A DNA stretch of 62,344 nt from a virus (taxonomy: Duplodnaviria; Caudoviricetes): positions 1 through 62,344 of the IMG/VR virus record IMGVR_UViG_3300030397_000356. One strand, 5' to 3'. Numbering within the stretch: the stretch's first letter is position 1; every line of letters starts with the position of its first letter. The notes beneath the pieces are model-generated. The model saw only the letters and a list, made by a program, of their open reading frames with translations. It was not told where the DNA came from and did no database searches. The translations under genes were made by a program, and so were the position numbers. Below, one piece after another: positions 11,128-20,420 of the stretch.

Positions 11128-13481
11128 TATGGGCCTCCTATCTGAGACAGTTGAGTATCAAAGTCTGTCATAAAATCGGATACATCTTGCAAGCCTGAAA
11201 AGTCTGCCCCCTGAACTGATGCCGTATCCGATTGTATGAATGTATTGATATCTGAAATAGACCTATTGTGATCAACCAGCGAATTTGTTAATGCTGACAG
11301 ATCTTCAAAACTCGTGCCGTTGGTTTGGTTATACGTGGCAACGCTCTGGTTAAGTGAAGTTGATGCCGCTATCATACTAGAGATTCCAGAAGTGTAATCA
11401 TTTATATACGTGGCATTATTTAAAAGATTAGGATCAACCAATTGCGTCAAAGCAGTTGCTATGACAGTGGCCGCGTTTTGAAGTAGTCCTATGGCACTGT
11501 TAATTTGAGGATTTCCAAGAGCGCTCAACAATCCAATCGTTCCAAGACCTCCGCTTAGTAAAGAAGTAGACTGGCTAAACCAATCACTTACGCTAGAAAT
11601 AGTCCATCCAGCAAAATCGGAATTAATGAGATAAAACAAAGAATCTGGTATGGGATTAAAATCATCAATATTTGCTAAAGTGAACAAACTACTCGAAGCT
11701 CTAACAATCTCCACCGGTGTCAACAAGAGTGAAGGCGGGGTAGGAAAGTTGGGTGTGGGTAGTGTTATGCTTCCGAGAGAGCCTCCCCAACTCGATATCA
11801 TCGTATCGAGGGCCTGATGGGTCACATTCATGAAATCGTTTACGTTTGTCTCAATCTGTGAAAAACTTTCTTCAATTTCATCTATTGTAGTAGACTTTTC
11901 TACAGAGTTTCCGTCTACTCCTATTTTGAAGTATATATCATCTCCGGCTTGAAGATAAAGCTTGTCTTTTGCTGCAACAGATATCTTTTCCTCGGTCATC
12001 ATAATTTGGTTGGCTTCTTGATTAGAGATAAAATTTATGTCATTTTCTATAGATTCTAAGCCTATATTTCCCTTATACGACCTCAACACCATGTCCAATT
12101 GAGATCCTATATCCATTTTTCCAGAATAAGAAAAAACGGTTGTGTCGTTCTTTGACTGAATAGTACTGTCGTTTCCGGCAAATAGCGAGACATCCTCAGA
12201 CGCATTCAGATTGAAGCTACCATTTACAGAGATATTGTAATCTCCGTCGTTGACTATAGTATCAATACCGGATTCTACCTGCAAATACATTCGGTCTCCG
12301 ACAGATTGGCAAAGTTTTCCAGCAATCTCATCTATTTTGTCTTCATATGTCAAAGTTCTTATACTCTTCTCACTTACTATGTGTGTATCTGATGTGGAGT
12401 GTAGTCGTATTTCCCCATCCTCGGGTTTACCGTCCTCAAGGGGAGTCTGTCCTTCCGTGTCTCCGGCGTACATAAAAATTCCTTTCTTTCCTTTCAGTCT
12501 GATGGACCCTTCGGTAGATAGATTGATATCTTCTTGAGCGTGCGCGCTTAGTCTTCTGGCAGCATATACATCGATATTTCCGTTGCTATCCATTTCAATC
12601 CAAGAGTTGCCTTCGTTAGTAGAAACATATATTCGTTCATTAGTGTCGTCTAATATAATTTGATGGCCAGTCGAACTTCTCAATCGGATTCTATTGTTAA
12701 ATGGCCGGTCATCTAAAGTAAAGGCATGCAGTCCCGGCGTGCTAAATCCAGACACCATGGAAGCCAGAAATTCTCCAAGTGCCTTGTTTCTGGTCCAGTC
12801 ATACCCGTGCGAGCCAAGTATGGGCTTTACCCATTCATGTTGTTCAAGTTCACTTATTTCAGGATTTTGTTGGTCGATTAAATCGGGATTTTCATGATCT
12901 GTATTTGCTGTCGCTTGGTATTCGGCTTGCCGGGTTTTCCATTCAGGAGAATCTTTTTTGTTGTCAAACGCTTTAGATGCGTTAGTATGTAAAGGTTCTA
13001 TAGGACTCTTGGAAGATGTTAATGGCCCATCAACCGAACCCCCGTCCTGCCATTCATATCGTCCGTGAAACAACGTGTGGGTTTCTCTTGGCGCATATAG
13101 ACACCCTAACCAAACCCTTCTTCGCTCATCTCCATCTATACAAGTAACTAACACAGTGGCCCCCTGTTCAGGGATGGCCCAAAAGCCATAAGAGGTCGCT
13201 CCATCACTTTTTTCTGGACCTTTGCCAGACCCTCTAGAAAATTGTGAATTTGAAATCGTTCCACCGTAAGGACTAACATAGGACGCCCACGGTAGATGTT
13301 GAAGCTTTTTAGGATCGTCGTTTAAGTTTGGACAAAAGACTCGTAGTCTTCCACATTGTAACGGGTCGTCCGTATCAACAACAACACCGACCGTTATTCC
13401 TGCTGTAGAAGACGCAGAAGAATCCACGTCGATAGCTAATTTTTCTTTGATAATCCGTAATAGTTCTTGTTCTTTCAGCAT
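11127..13481 (-). CDS. gp5: Baseplate central spike gp5/VgrG-like protein with C-terminal extension
   Basis: OB-fold motif GVVVDTDDPLQCGRLRV...LPW...SYGFWAIP; RSSTGHQIILDDT...WIEMDSNGNID beta-helix entry followed by beta-strand repeats. Confidence 0.85.
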   Translation of the reverse strand: MLKEQELLRIIKEKLAIDVDSSASSTAGITVGVVVDTDDPLQCGRLRVFCPNLNDDPKKLQHLPWASYVSPYGGTISNSQFSRGSGKGPEKSDGATSYGFWAIPEQGATVLVTCIDGDERRRVWLGCLYAPRETHTLFHGRYEWQDGGSVDGPLTSSKSPIEPLHTNASKAFDNKKDSPEWKTRQAEYQATANTDHENPDLIDQQNPEISELEQHEWVKPILGSHGYDWTRNKALGEFLASMVSGFSTPGLHAFTLDDRPFNNRIRLRSSTGHQIILDDTNERIYVSTNEGNSWIEMDSNGNIDVYAARRLSAHAQEDINLSTEGSIRLKGKKGIFMYAGDTEGQTPLEDGKPEDGEIRLHSTSDTHIVSEKSIRTLTYEDKIDEIAGKLCQSVGDRMYLQVESGIDTIVNDGDYNISVNGSFNLNASEDVSLFAGNDSTIQSKNDTTVFSYSGKMDIGSQLDMVLRSYKGNIGLESIENDINFISNQEANQIMMTEEKISVAAKDKLYLQAGDDIYFKIGVDGNSVEKSTTIDEIEESFSQIETNVNDFMNVTHQALDTMISSWGGSLGSITLPTPNFPTPPSLLLTPVEIVRASSSLFTLANIDDFNPIPDSLFYLINSDFAGWTISSVSDWFSQSTSLLSGGLGTIGLLSALGNPQINSAIGLLQNAATVIATALTQLVDPNLLNNATYINDYTSGISSMIAASTSLNQSVATYNQTNGTSFEDLSALTNSLVDHNRSISDINTFIQSDTASVQGADFSGLQDVSDFMTDFDTQLSQIGGP

Positions 13482-13482
13482 T

Positions 13483-15276
13483 TTATATAATATCGTCCAT
13501 TTTTACTAATGTTATGGTCTGACTAAACTCGCTACCCTCGATGGATGTGCGTACTTTTATAATATGCATCCACTGCTGTTGATAAAACATGCTTGGCGTC
13601 GGACCTCCATCTTCTTCATATTCAGTTTCTAAAAAAACCTGCAATTTTGCATACCAAGGGAAAACTTCCGGCTTCCGGTAATATACCGCTTTTGGGTGGG
13701 AGCCGTTAACCACCTCCGTGGGTTTTCTAACCGTGTCACTAAAAAGATCAGGATTGCCAATGATATTTATTATCATGGGAGACGTTTGAAGTTGGAGAAC
13801 TTTAGTTTGCGTTCCCATAAGCGTAGCCATATCAGACGGATATTCTACGCCTATACATTTACTGTTTACCAGTTTGGATCTAAGTCCACTGTAACCGGTT
13901 TTAAAGAAATCTTTATTTGGTGCCCGTTCTGCTGATATTTCTTCCCGGTCTGACCCATAAGAAAGCCTTCCCGGAATCTCGTCGATGATATCCTCAACCG
14001 TTTCAAAAGCATTATCTATAGAAGATCTACCAAAGAACGCCTCTATGTCATGATTTTGTTCGGCTTTATAATAAAACGTTAAAGGATCTATTGCGCTTTC
14101 TCCCGGCCCGGTGTCTTTACCGTTCATAGAATTTATTGGTATCTCGAACCTCTTTATGACAATATCACATAGAATATTGTCTTCCTCTCTTCTCCATACT
14201 GGACACACTTTGTAACTATATCCATCTTTAGCGTCTAAACCGACCCTCCGCGAAAGACTCATTATTCTGTTTATTACCGTGTTAATATATTCTCCTCTGA
14301 CTGTAGGGATAGACCTGATTCCAGATGAATCGCCATCTAACTCTGGCTGCTCAAAAGGAAGATTTCTGTTGTCGATAATATAATCTTCATACACCGGATC
14401 AAGTTTTATATCATAGCGAATATTAATCTCTTTTTTTTGTTCTACAGGCTTTTTCAGTTTTGGAGTGTGATCGTCTCTTATAATCGCGAGCCAATCCTGT
14501 AACTGGTTTTTGTGTATCTTGGTTTTAGCATTTAGCTCAACCGCCAAAGCCTCAAATGCTTCCTTTAATGTCTTCATCGGCTTACTTTTTTCTAGTCTAC
14601 GTTCTCTTGGAGAGGTCTTTTTTCTGTCTTCTTCACTTCTTGGGACTATGTTCCCACCAGACTCTTCTGGTTTTGGGCTTTCCTCATGCAAATTTCCATC
14701 TTTATGTGTGATGGTCATTGAATAAACTTGGCTAATTCTGGAAGATTTTGCAGAAGTGTTATAACAGCTTGTGAAATTTAAGAAGTAATGATTTGAACTG
14801 ACATCGAATTTGTATTTTATATCTTGAACATTAAAGATCAAAGGTTCTATTTTTATAAGCTGGTCTTCACTGTCTTCTGAGGCGGACGTGTGAAAATATA
14901 TATCTAGTCTAAACGTCAAGTTAGCTAATGAAGTTCCAAGAACTGAAACAACGTCATTGTTCAAAAAACCTAAAAAATCTGTACCAGAAACGTCTATCAA
15001 AGAAAAAGTTCCCGTCGATACAGTTTCATTGACATAATCCCCTGCCCAAGAAAATTCATAGTCTAACGATGATCCCAAAAACCGTTTCATGTTTTCGCCT
15101 ATATGGTCGTTCAGCACAAGAATGCCGTTACCGGGCAAACGTTTCCCTTCTGGTCCATCGTTCAACGCCGGAGCGTTCCCTTCGTTTTCGGCATCGCTAG
15201 TGTTTTTCCACGCAGACAGGATAAAAGTCGTGGAATATGTTGAGTATTTTTCTAATCTGTTTTTAGGGTCACTCAT
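13483..15276 (-). CDS. Putative baseplate hub protein (gp27-like position)
   Basis: 597-aa ORF between gp53-like and gp5; NRLEKYSTYST N-terminus and IIGNP C-terminal motif; call rests mostly on synteny. Confidence 0.55.
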   Translation of the reverse strand: MSDPKNRLEKYSTYSTTFILSAWKNTSDAENEGNAPALNDGPEGKRLPGNGILVLNDHIGENMKRFLGSSLDYEFSWAGDYVNETVSTGTFSLIDVSGTDFLGFLNNDVVSVLGTSLANLTFRLDIYFHTSASEDSEDQLIKIEPLIFNVQDIKYKFDVSSNHYFLNFTSCYNTSAKSSRISQVYSMTITHKDGNLHEESPKPEESGGNIVPRSEEDRKKTSPRERRLEKSKPMKTLKEAFEALAVELNAKTKIHKNQLQDWLAIIRDDHTPKLKKPVEQKKEINIRYDIKLDPVYEDYIIDNRNLPFEQPELDGDSSGIRSIPTVRGEYINTVINRIMSLSRRVGLDAKDGYSYKVCPVWRREEDNILCDIVIKRFEIPINSMNGKDTGPGESAIDPLTFYYKAEQNHDIEAFFGRSSIDNAFETVEDIIDEIPGRLSYGSDREEISAERAPNKDFFKTGYSGLRSKLVNSKCIGVEYPSDMATLMGTQTKVLQLQTSPMIINIIGNPDLFSDTVRKPTEVVNGSHPKAVYYRKPEVFPWYAKLQVFLETEYEEDGGPTPSMFYQQQWMHIIKVRTSIEGSEFSQTITLVKMDDII

Positions 15277-15655
15277 TTATAGGCTCTTTTATCGGGTTGT
15301 TATTCAATATTTTTGAAAACACACGACTTCTTGCTGGTATTATCAGCGTCTTGCCCGCAACAAATTCTTCTTCGATATCAACGATATTATTGTATTGGAG
15401 TATCAGCCAAGTCAGTCTAGTGGTAGAATAGTACCTGAATGATACTAGGTCAGGTCTGTGTTCGTACTGTTTAGTTATGACAAACGTTATGTCTGTGTAG
15501 GTGTCTTTTGGTAGAGATATTCTCTCCCACCATCCGAGCTTGTCCCCTTTCAACTCAGTATTCCCACCGTTTAGCATTCTAGAATATCTTTTTGCTAAAG
15601 ACGATTTGTTTTCAAATAGTTTAAATCTTGTGTTTGGTTTACTTTTACCAGTCAT
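15269..15655 (-). CDS. gp53: Baseplate wedge gp53-like (LysM-like) protein
   Basis: YEHRPDLVSFRYY...LTWLILQYNNIVD...GKTLIIP motif. Confidence 0.8.
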   Translation of the reverse strand: MTGKSKPNTRFKLFENKSSLAKRYSRMLNGGNTELKGDKLGWWERISLPKDTYTDITFVITKQYEHRPDLVSFRYYSTTRLTWLILQYNNIVDIEEEFVAGKTLIIPARSRVFSKILNNNPIKEPINE

Positions 15656-16223
15656 AGTTCAGCGTCCCGTTCCTAAACTTTTCAATATTAAATTGTTCCA
15701 GATCTCTGATCGACCTAGATTCTTTTAGAGTGATTGAAACCTCCCATACGATGGGGACATTTACCCCGCTATCCAGTTTGATATAGTCAATGTCGTTGTT
15801 ATAAGAGATGCTAAGATCAATCATTCTTACTGGTATATTGTAAAGTTGATTTAATCCGCTCAGTCTAAGACGCGCTGGCGCCTCTACTCCCTGAAACCCG
15901 GTGCCTTCTTTTTCTGGAAGTCTCCAAGACTTCAACAGTTTTACATACCTTAAATTTTCTTCTCCTTCTGCCTTCGTTCTAGAAATGAACACTCCATCTA
16001 TACTGAATGTTCTAGCCGGAGATCCTTGGTATATCAAAAGACTTGCAGCCGCTCGGATGTTTGTGGCAATTTCGTTGTATATAGCATTCCCAGACTCCCG
16101 CATAGAAGGTTGTGCCTTGAACACAACTTCACCCACCGACGGCCCACCTGCGCTGTCAGGGTTGAGCAGTTCATCTTCTTTAAACCCTTTTAAGGTGATA
16201 ATTCCAGAAGAAAATTTTTTCAT
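15645..16223 (-). CDS. Baseplate/tail-tube initiator-like protein (gp48/gp54-like)
   Basis: Tube-fold-like pattern YQGSPARTFSIDG...PARLRLSG...VPIVWEVSITLKE. Start placed at ATG 16223 because a GATAAATA late promoter (16252-16259) lies inside the longer track ORF. Confidence 0.55.
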   Translation of the reverse strand: MKKFSSGIITLKGFKEDELLNPDSAGGPSVGEVVFKAQPSMRESGNAIYNEIATNIRAAASLLIYQGSPARTFSIDGVFISRTKAEGEENLRYVKLLKSWRLPEKEGTGFQGVEAPARLRLSGLNQLYNIPVRMIDLSISYNNDIDYIKLDSGVNVPIVWEVSITLKESRSIRDLEQFNIEKFRNGTLNYDW

Positions 16224-16300
16224 TCTATTATGAGGCTTTGTATGGTTTTTATATTTATCTTCGTCTACCGTGTTTTCAACTTTCACCCTAAAAAATAAGC

Positions 16301-16308
16301 TATAAATA
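16301..16308 (+). promoter_or_regulatory. Late promoter TATAAATA, divergent from GATAAATA at 16252-16259
   Basis: Exact consensus upstream of gp26. Confidence 0.75.
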
Positions 16309-16347
16309 AGCTGGAAATAGGCTGTACCAATTATGGTGGTTTAATCA

Positions 16348-17382
16348 ATGAATGAAATAACTGTAAACCCTCTTCTAGAAAAGCGTAAAAGGGCGTTACC
16401 CGGAGTAACTTATAGGTTACCGTCTAGGGGGATAATATACCCACCGGGCGTTTTGGCCGAGAACGTAGTAGATGGTGAGGTGGTAGTTTACCCGATGAGG
16501 CTTCGAGAAGAGCTAAAAATGAAATCGCTAGACTCGATCTTTCAAGGGTCCGCCGTTTCTGAAACAATAGCGTATTGTGTGCCGGAAGTATTAGAACCAA
16601 ACATGCTTTGTCCTACCGACATAGACTACCTTTTAACCGCAATTAAAAAGCAAACTCATGGTGAAGATTTCATCTATAAAGATGTTTGCATGAAAATAGA
16701 ACATTTAGTCAACAAAGCGGAAATCATAAAAGAGGCGGCTGAATCTGAATTTGAAGAAACCGAACGAGTTGATAGTCAGAGAAACGAATTGGATGACGCT
16801 TCGGACTTCATAAACAAACTAAACGCAGAAAACAAAAAAGATGAAGAAGGGGAAGAAGAGGAACCAGAAAGAGAATTTGATCCTGTTCTAGACAATATTA
16901 ACAATCTAGGAGAAAACAGTAAGCTCTGTGAATTTAGGATACCTCTTTCACATTTTCTAACGTCGGCTAAAGAGATTGATGAAAGCCTGTTTGAAGAACA
17001 AAAAGTTTTTGAATTCAATGGATTTGAAATAGAAGTACAGCCAATAACTTTTGAAGCGTACAAAGAGATTAGCAATTTAAGACTAAAAGACCGCCCGGAT
17101 GTTATGGGAGAAGAAAAATATTTCGACTATATTGTTGAGTTTGCGAACATCAATATATCAAGAAGAATCAAAAGGGTTGACAACGTAACAGATCAGAAAA
17201 TGATAGAAGAGTTTGTGAACTCTTTGTCCACTAAAGAAAGAACTGAAATATTAGATAGAATGGAAAAAATATTTGATTGGGGCATAGACTTTGAATACAA
17301 CTTACAATGTGCTTCGTGCGGGAAAACGAAAAAGCTCGACATGTCTCACATAAACCCATTGTATTTTTTTTTAATCTCCTAA
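16348..17382 (+). CDS. gp26: Baseplate hub assembly protein gp26-like
   Basis: YRLPSRG...YPMRLREELKMK...DIDYLLTAIK, C-terminal CASC and ...YFF; acidic internal insert. Confidence 0.8.
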   Translation: MNEITVNPLLEKRKRALPGVTYRLPSRGIIYPPGVLAENVVDGEVVVYPMRLREELKMKSLDSIFQGSAVSETIAYCVPEVLEPNMLCPTDIDYLLTAIKKQTHGEDFIYKDVCMKIEHLVNKAEIIKEAAESEFEETERVDSQRNELDDASDFINKLNAENKKDEEGEEEEPEREFDPVLDNINNLGENSKLCEFRIPLSHFLTSAKEIDESLFEEQKVFEFNGFEIEVQPITFEAYKEISNLRLKDRPDVMGEEKYFDYIVEFANINISRRIKRVDNVTDQKMIEEFVNSLSTKERTEILDRMEKIFDWGIDFEYNLQCASCGKTKKLDMSHINPLYFFLIS

Positions 17383-17621
17383 TGTCAGGAAATCAAGAAG
17401 CTATTGTCAGATATAGCAACTCTTTAACTATAGGAATGGAGAATCTATTGAAGCACGCGGTCTACTTATCTTACTTCATGCGCGGCGGAATACAATACGA
17501 AGACGTATTAGATAGAACTTACCAAGAAAGAAAAGTCATCTATGATTTTATACAAGAACGTATAAATTCCGAAATGGAAAAAACCAAAAAGACTAAACTG
17601 AAACTCCCTCCAGTATACTAA
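17382..17621 (+). CDS. gp51: Baseplate hub assembly chaperone gp51-like
   Basis: YFMRGGIQYEDVLDRTYQERKVI motif; ATG overlaps the gp26 stop (TAATG). Confidence 0.7.
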   Translation: MSGNQEAIVRYSNSLTIGMENLLKHAVYLSYFMRGGIQYEDVLDRTYQERKVIYDFIQERINSEMEKTKKTKLKLPPVY

Positions 17622-17622
17622 A

Positions 17623-18366
17623 ATGAAAACCAACATAATCGCCATAGACCCTTCTACAAGTTGTACCGGAATATGTGTCAACGGAGAGCGAATGGTCGTT
17701 GTTAGTAACGAATCTATAACGCTATCAAAAAAGAACGGGTTAAAAAAGTGGTTCAAAAAAGTAGATGACTACCCGTTCTCTAGAATAGAAACGTACCCAC
17801 CATACAACAAAATGAAAGAGTTTTCATCTCAAGAAGTAGAAAAGCTGGCGTACTATAGAACCATTTCAGACACCATTATTGATACCATCTGCTCGGAAAT
17901 CGACAAGAGAAAACAAACACATGTGTTTGTTGAAGGTTACAGTTATAATTCAGCGGCTGGTAACTTGATAGATTTGGTAACTCTATCAACCCTTTTACGA
18001 ACTAAGATTATGGATTTAGGATTCAGTCTGACGATAATTCCTCCATCGAAATTAAAAAACGACACAGCCAAGCTTGTCTACGAGCCCGTAGATGTAAAAA
18101 ATATGGGTAGAGACCCGTCTCTTAAACCATTGAAGCCTGTCGTAAAGTACCTCAACAAAAAAGGCGTTCCGGGTGGAAAGTTCAAAAAACCGGAAATGTT
18201 AGAAGCCATTAAAGATTTTCAGTCTAATGATGTTTGGAAAGGATTTATTGACGAACATTACAGCGATATTGCGGAAATGTCTTCAGTACCGACACCTATA
18301 GTAGACCTCAACGATGCTTATTGGATATACCAATGCGCAAAAAATTCTTATACTATCTATAAATAA
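17623..18366 (+). CDS. RuvC-like Holliday junction resolvase
   Basis: IIAIDPSTSCTG (catalytic D), VFVEGYSY (E), IPPSKLK, DLNDAY (DxxD). Confidence 0.75.
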   Translation: MKTNIIAIDPSTSCTGICVNGERMVVVSNESITLSKKNGLKKWFKKVDDYPFSRIETYPPYNKMKEFSSQEVEKLAYYRTISDTIIDTICSEIDKRKQTHVFVEGYSYNSAAGNLIDLVTLSTLLRTKIMDLGFSLTIIPPSKLKNDTAKLVYEPVDVKNMGRDPSLKPLKPVVKYLNKKGVPGGKFKKPEMLEAIKDFQSNDVWKGFIDEHYSDIAEMSSVPTPIVDLNDAYWIYQCAKNSYTIYK

Positions 18367-18392
18367 TGTTCAAGAAGTGATAACATAAACTT

Positions 18393-19706
18393 ATGAACAT
18401 ATTGCTTATTCTGGAAGCAACGACCAACATGCTGGAAATCGATGAGCGCGATTTCAATCAAATAAAAGCTTTTTTTGACTATCTTGCAAAAAACAAAAGC
18501 GGTTATGATCTATCTATAAGTGACATCATGCGTTTTGTTCTTACCATAAAAAGCAAAAAATCCGCATTAGCGGTAGCTGCCGGTGCAAAAAAAGAAGTTA
18601 CCAGATCTTTGGCAAGTTCAAATTTAGGTAGAGAGGCTAATATAGCAAGAGCCTTTAGTGATGAAAAAGATATCAGGCTTGGAGATATGAGTCTCGATGC
18701 TATACAAGCAATTGGGGAAGCGTTGAACCATGCAAAATTTGCTACGCTCGATTGGAAAGACCCAGAAAAATCTACCATTGATAAAGACGCTACAGCCAGA
18801 CTGTTAAAATTTTCAAATGTCATAAGATCAAAATTCAAAACTCCGAAAGAGGTTTCGGACAACTTCAACACAGCTAAAATGATGTATTATCAGACATTAG
18901 GCAAATTTGCCGGAATGGTTGGAGTGGACGACAGAGAAAAAGAATCGGTTAAAGCGACTCTTAAAGAAGTTACCCCGAATGTTTTACTTTTCTTGGCAAA
19001 CATAGCAAAGAAAAAAGGTAGAAGTGCTGCTTGGGACACCGTAATAAATCCAGAAAATTATGGTGCAAAAGACCTAGAATATGCGCCCATTTCATATAAT
19101 CCAAAACAAGCGGCAGAAGAACTTATTGCTCTAGGGTGGGCTACTAAGACTCCTGCCAAAAATATGTTGACTCTCAATAAAGAGGCCATATTTGAAGCGG
19201 TCTCTAGATTCCGAGACCAGTTAGAAAATCTAAAGAAAGGAACAATAGAACACCCATCAAACGTTAGTAGAAACTTGAAATCCTTGGAGCAAAATGCCAA
19301 AGAGCTTATTCAAAAAATGGACCAGTTTTCAAACAACGAGATCAAGCGGATGGCCGAAGATCTTCTGGTGAAAGCATTACAAAGAGCATCTCAAGAAACT
19401 GGAGACTCAACGTACATAAAAGCATACAAGTTTTACCAAAGCAAACTGGAAGACGCTAAGAACAGTGAAGAAGTCGGCTCATCTGCTGATAAAATCCAAA
19501 AAAGCCACCTTGGCACAATTTTCAGGTTTTTACGAGCAAGAATAATCGCTCGAATGATGTACTATTACGCATCACAAGTCCTAGGGGATAGGAAAAAGTG
19601 GAAAACGCCAACAAAAGATTATGGCTTTTTAACACTTAAAGAGCTTTCAATGGTTAAAACTGCTTTCACAAGCGGTCAGGCGTTGAAACGTTCAAGAATC
19701 GCATAA
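18393..19706 (+). CDS. Hypothetical late protein, candidate internal head protein
   Basis: 437-aa ORF; TATAAATA at 18358-18365; N-terminus MNILLILE. Confidence 0.7.
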   Translation: MNILLILEATTNMLEIDERDFNQIKAFFDYLAKNKSGYDLSISDIMRFVLTIKSKKSALAVAAGAKKEVTRSLASSNLGREANIARAFSDEKDIRLGDMSLDAIQAIGEALNHAKFATLDWKDPEKSTIDKDATARLLKFSNVIRSKFKTPKEVSDNFNTAKMMYYQTLGKFAGMVGVDDREKESVKATLKEVTPNVLLFLANIAKKKGRSAAWDTVINPENYGAKDLEYAPISYNPKQAAEELIALGWATKTPAKNMLTLNKEAIFEAVSRFRDQLENLKKGTIEHPSNVSRNLKSLEQNAKELIQKMDQFSNNEIKRMAEDLLVKALQRASQETGDSTYIKAYKFYQSKLEDAKNSEEVGSSADKIQKSHLGTIFRFLRARIIARMMYYYASQVLGDRKKWKTPTKDYGFLTLKELSMVKTAFTSGQALKRSRIA

Positions 19707-19712
19707 AACTCC

Positions 19713-19743
19713 TTGACACACTCCCATTAAGAGTATATAAATA
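19713..19743 (+). promoter_or_regulatory. Sigma70-like promoter overlapping a late promoter
   Basis: TTGACA 19713-19718, 17-nt spacer, TATAAA; the -10 box is part of TATAAATA (19736-19743). Confidence 0.75.
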
Positions 19744-19747
19744 GCTC

Positions 19748-20170
19748 TCACAAATAATTACTCTCAACACGGAGAGAATTGTTTGTTTACAATTTGCATA
19801 TCTCGAACAGGCTGCTCTGAGGCTTTTTAGCCAACGACGGACGAAGCGCAAGAAGTTAGAACTGGACTTCTTGCATTATTAAGCTTCAAAGGTCTGTGTG
19901 GGGGTATCATTGATTCAAATGGCTTTCGAGACAGGCACACGGACAATGAATACTTGACCCACTAAAACGCTGGCAGGACGTTCTTCCTGTTAGGGTAGTA
20001 AGAAACGTTTACGTTTCTGTGACTACAGATCGGCATTGGCGTGTTCCAATGTTCGCTTTTTGCTGTAAAAGCGGTAGATCACTTCAGCACGGTTTGGATC
20101 GGGAAATTATCCGTACACTTATAATGTGTTAAAAAATGGGGGGGGGAGTTTTATAAAACCTTTCGGTTTT
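19748..20170 (+). ncRNA. Candidate structured non-coding RNA (~400 nt), family unknown
   Basis: No credible ORF; a series of stem-loops, several with G-U pairs on the + strand, directly downstream of the dual promoter. Confidence 0.5.
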
Positions 20171-20236
20171 AACCTAAACAACCTTAACCTGAAAAACTTT
20201 ATCACCTAAGCCACCTAAACAAACAGACAAAACATG

Positions 20237-20285
20237 ATTGATGATGAAGAACACGGAGCGTCAGCGGAGTGTTCTTCATCATCAT
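20237..20285. repeat. Long inverted repeat / hairpin
   Basis: TGATGATGAAGAACAC ... GTGTTCTTCATCATCA enclosing a GGAGCGTCAGCGGA loop. Confidence 0.85.
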
Positions 20286-20303
20286 TCTTAAAAAAAATCG
20301 GTT

Positions 20304-20332
20304 TTGACTCGGAAAAGGAAATCTCTTATAAT
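20304..20332 (+). promoter_or_regulatory. Sigma70-like promoter for the DinG-like helicase
   Basis: TTGACT-17 nt-TATAAT. Confidence 0.7.
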
Positions 20333-20420
20333 AGACGGGGATTTCAGAACCAGTTTCTGGTTCTCTTATTCGAAAAAGCGATGGGATGTTTAATTTTTAT
20401 GATAAAAAAGAGGCCTTTAA

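Noticed and set aside
19666-19851. 61-aa minus-strand ORF
   Set aside because: Overlaps the promoter and structured region antisense, with no supporting signals
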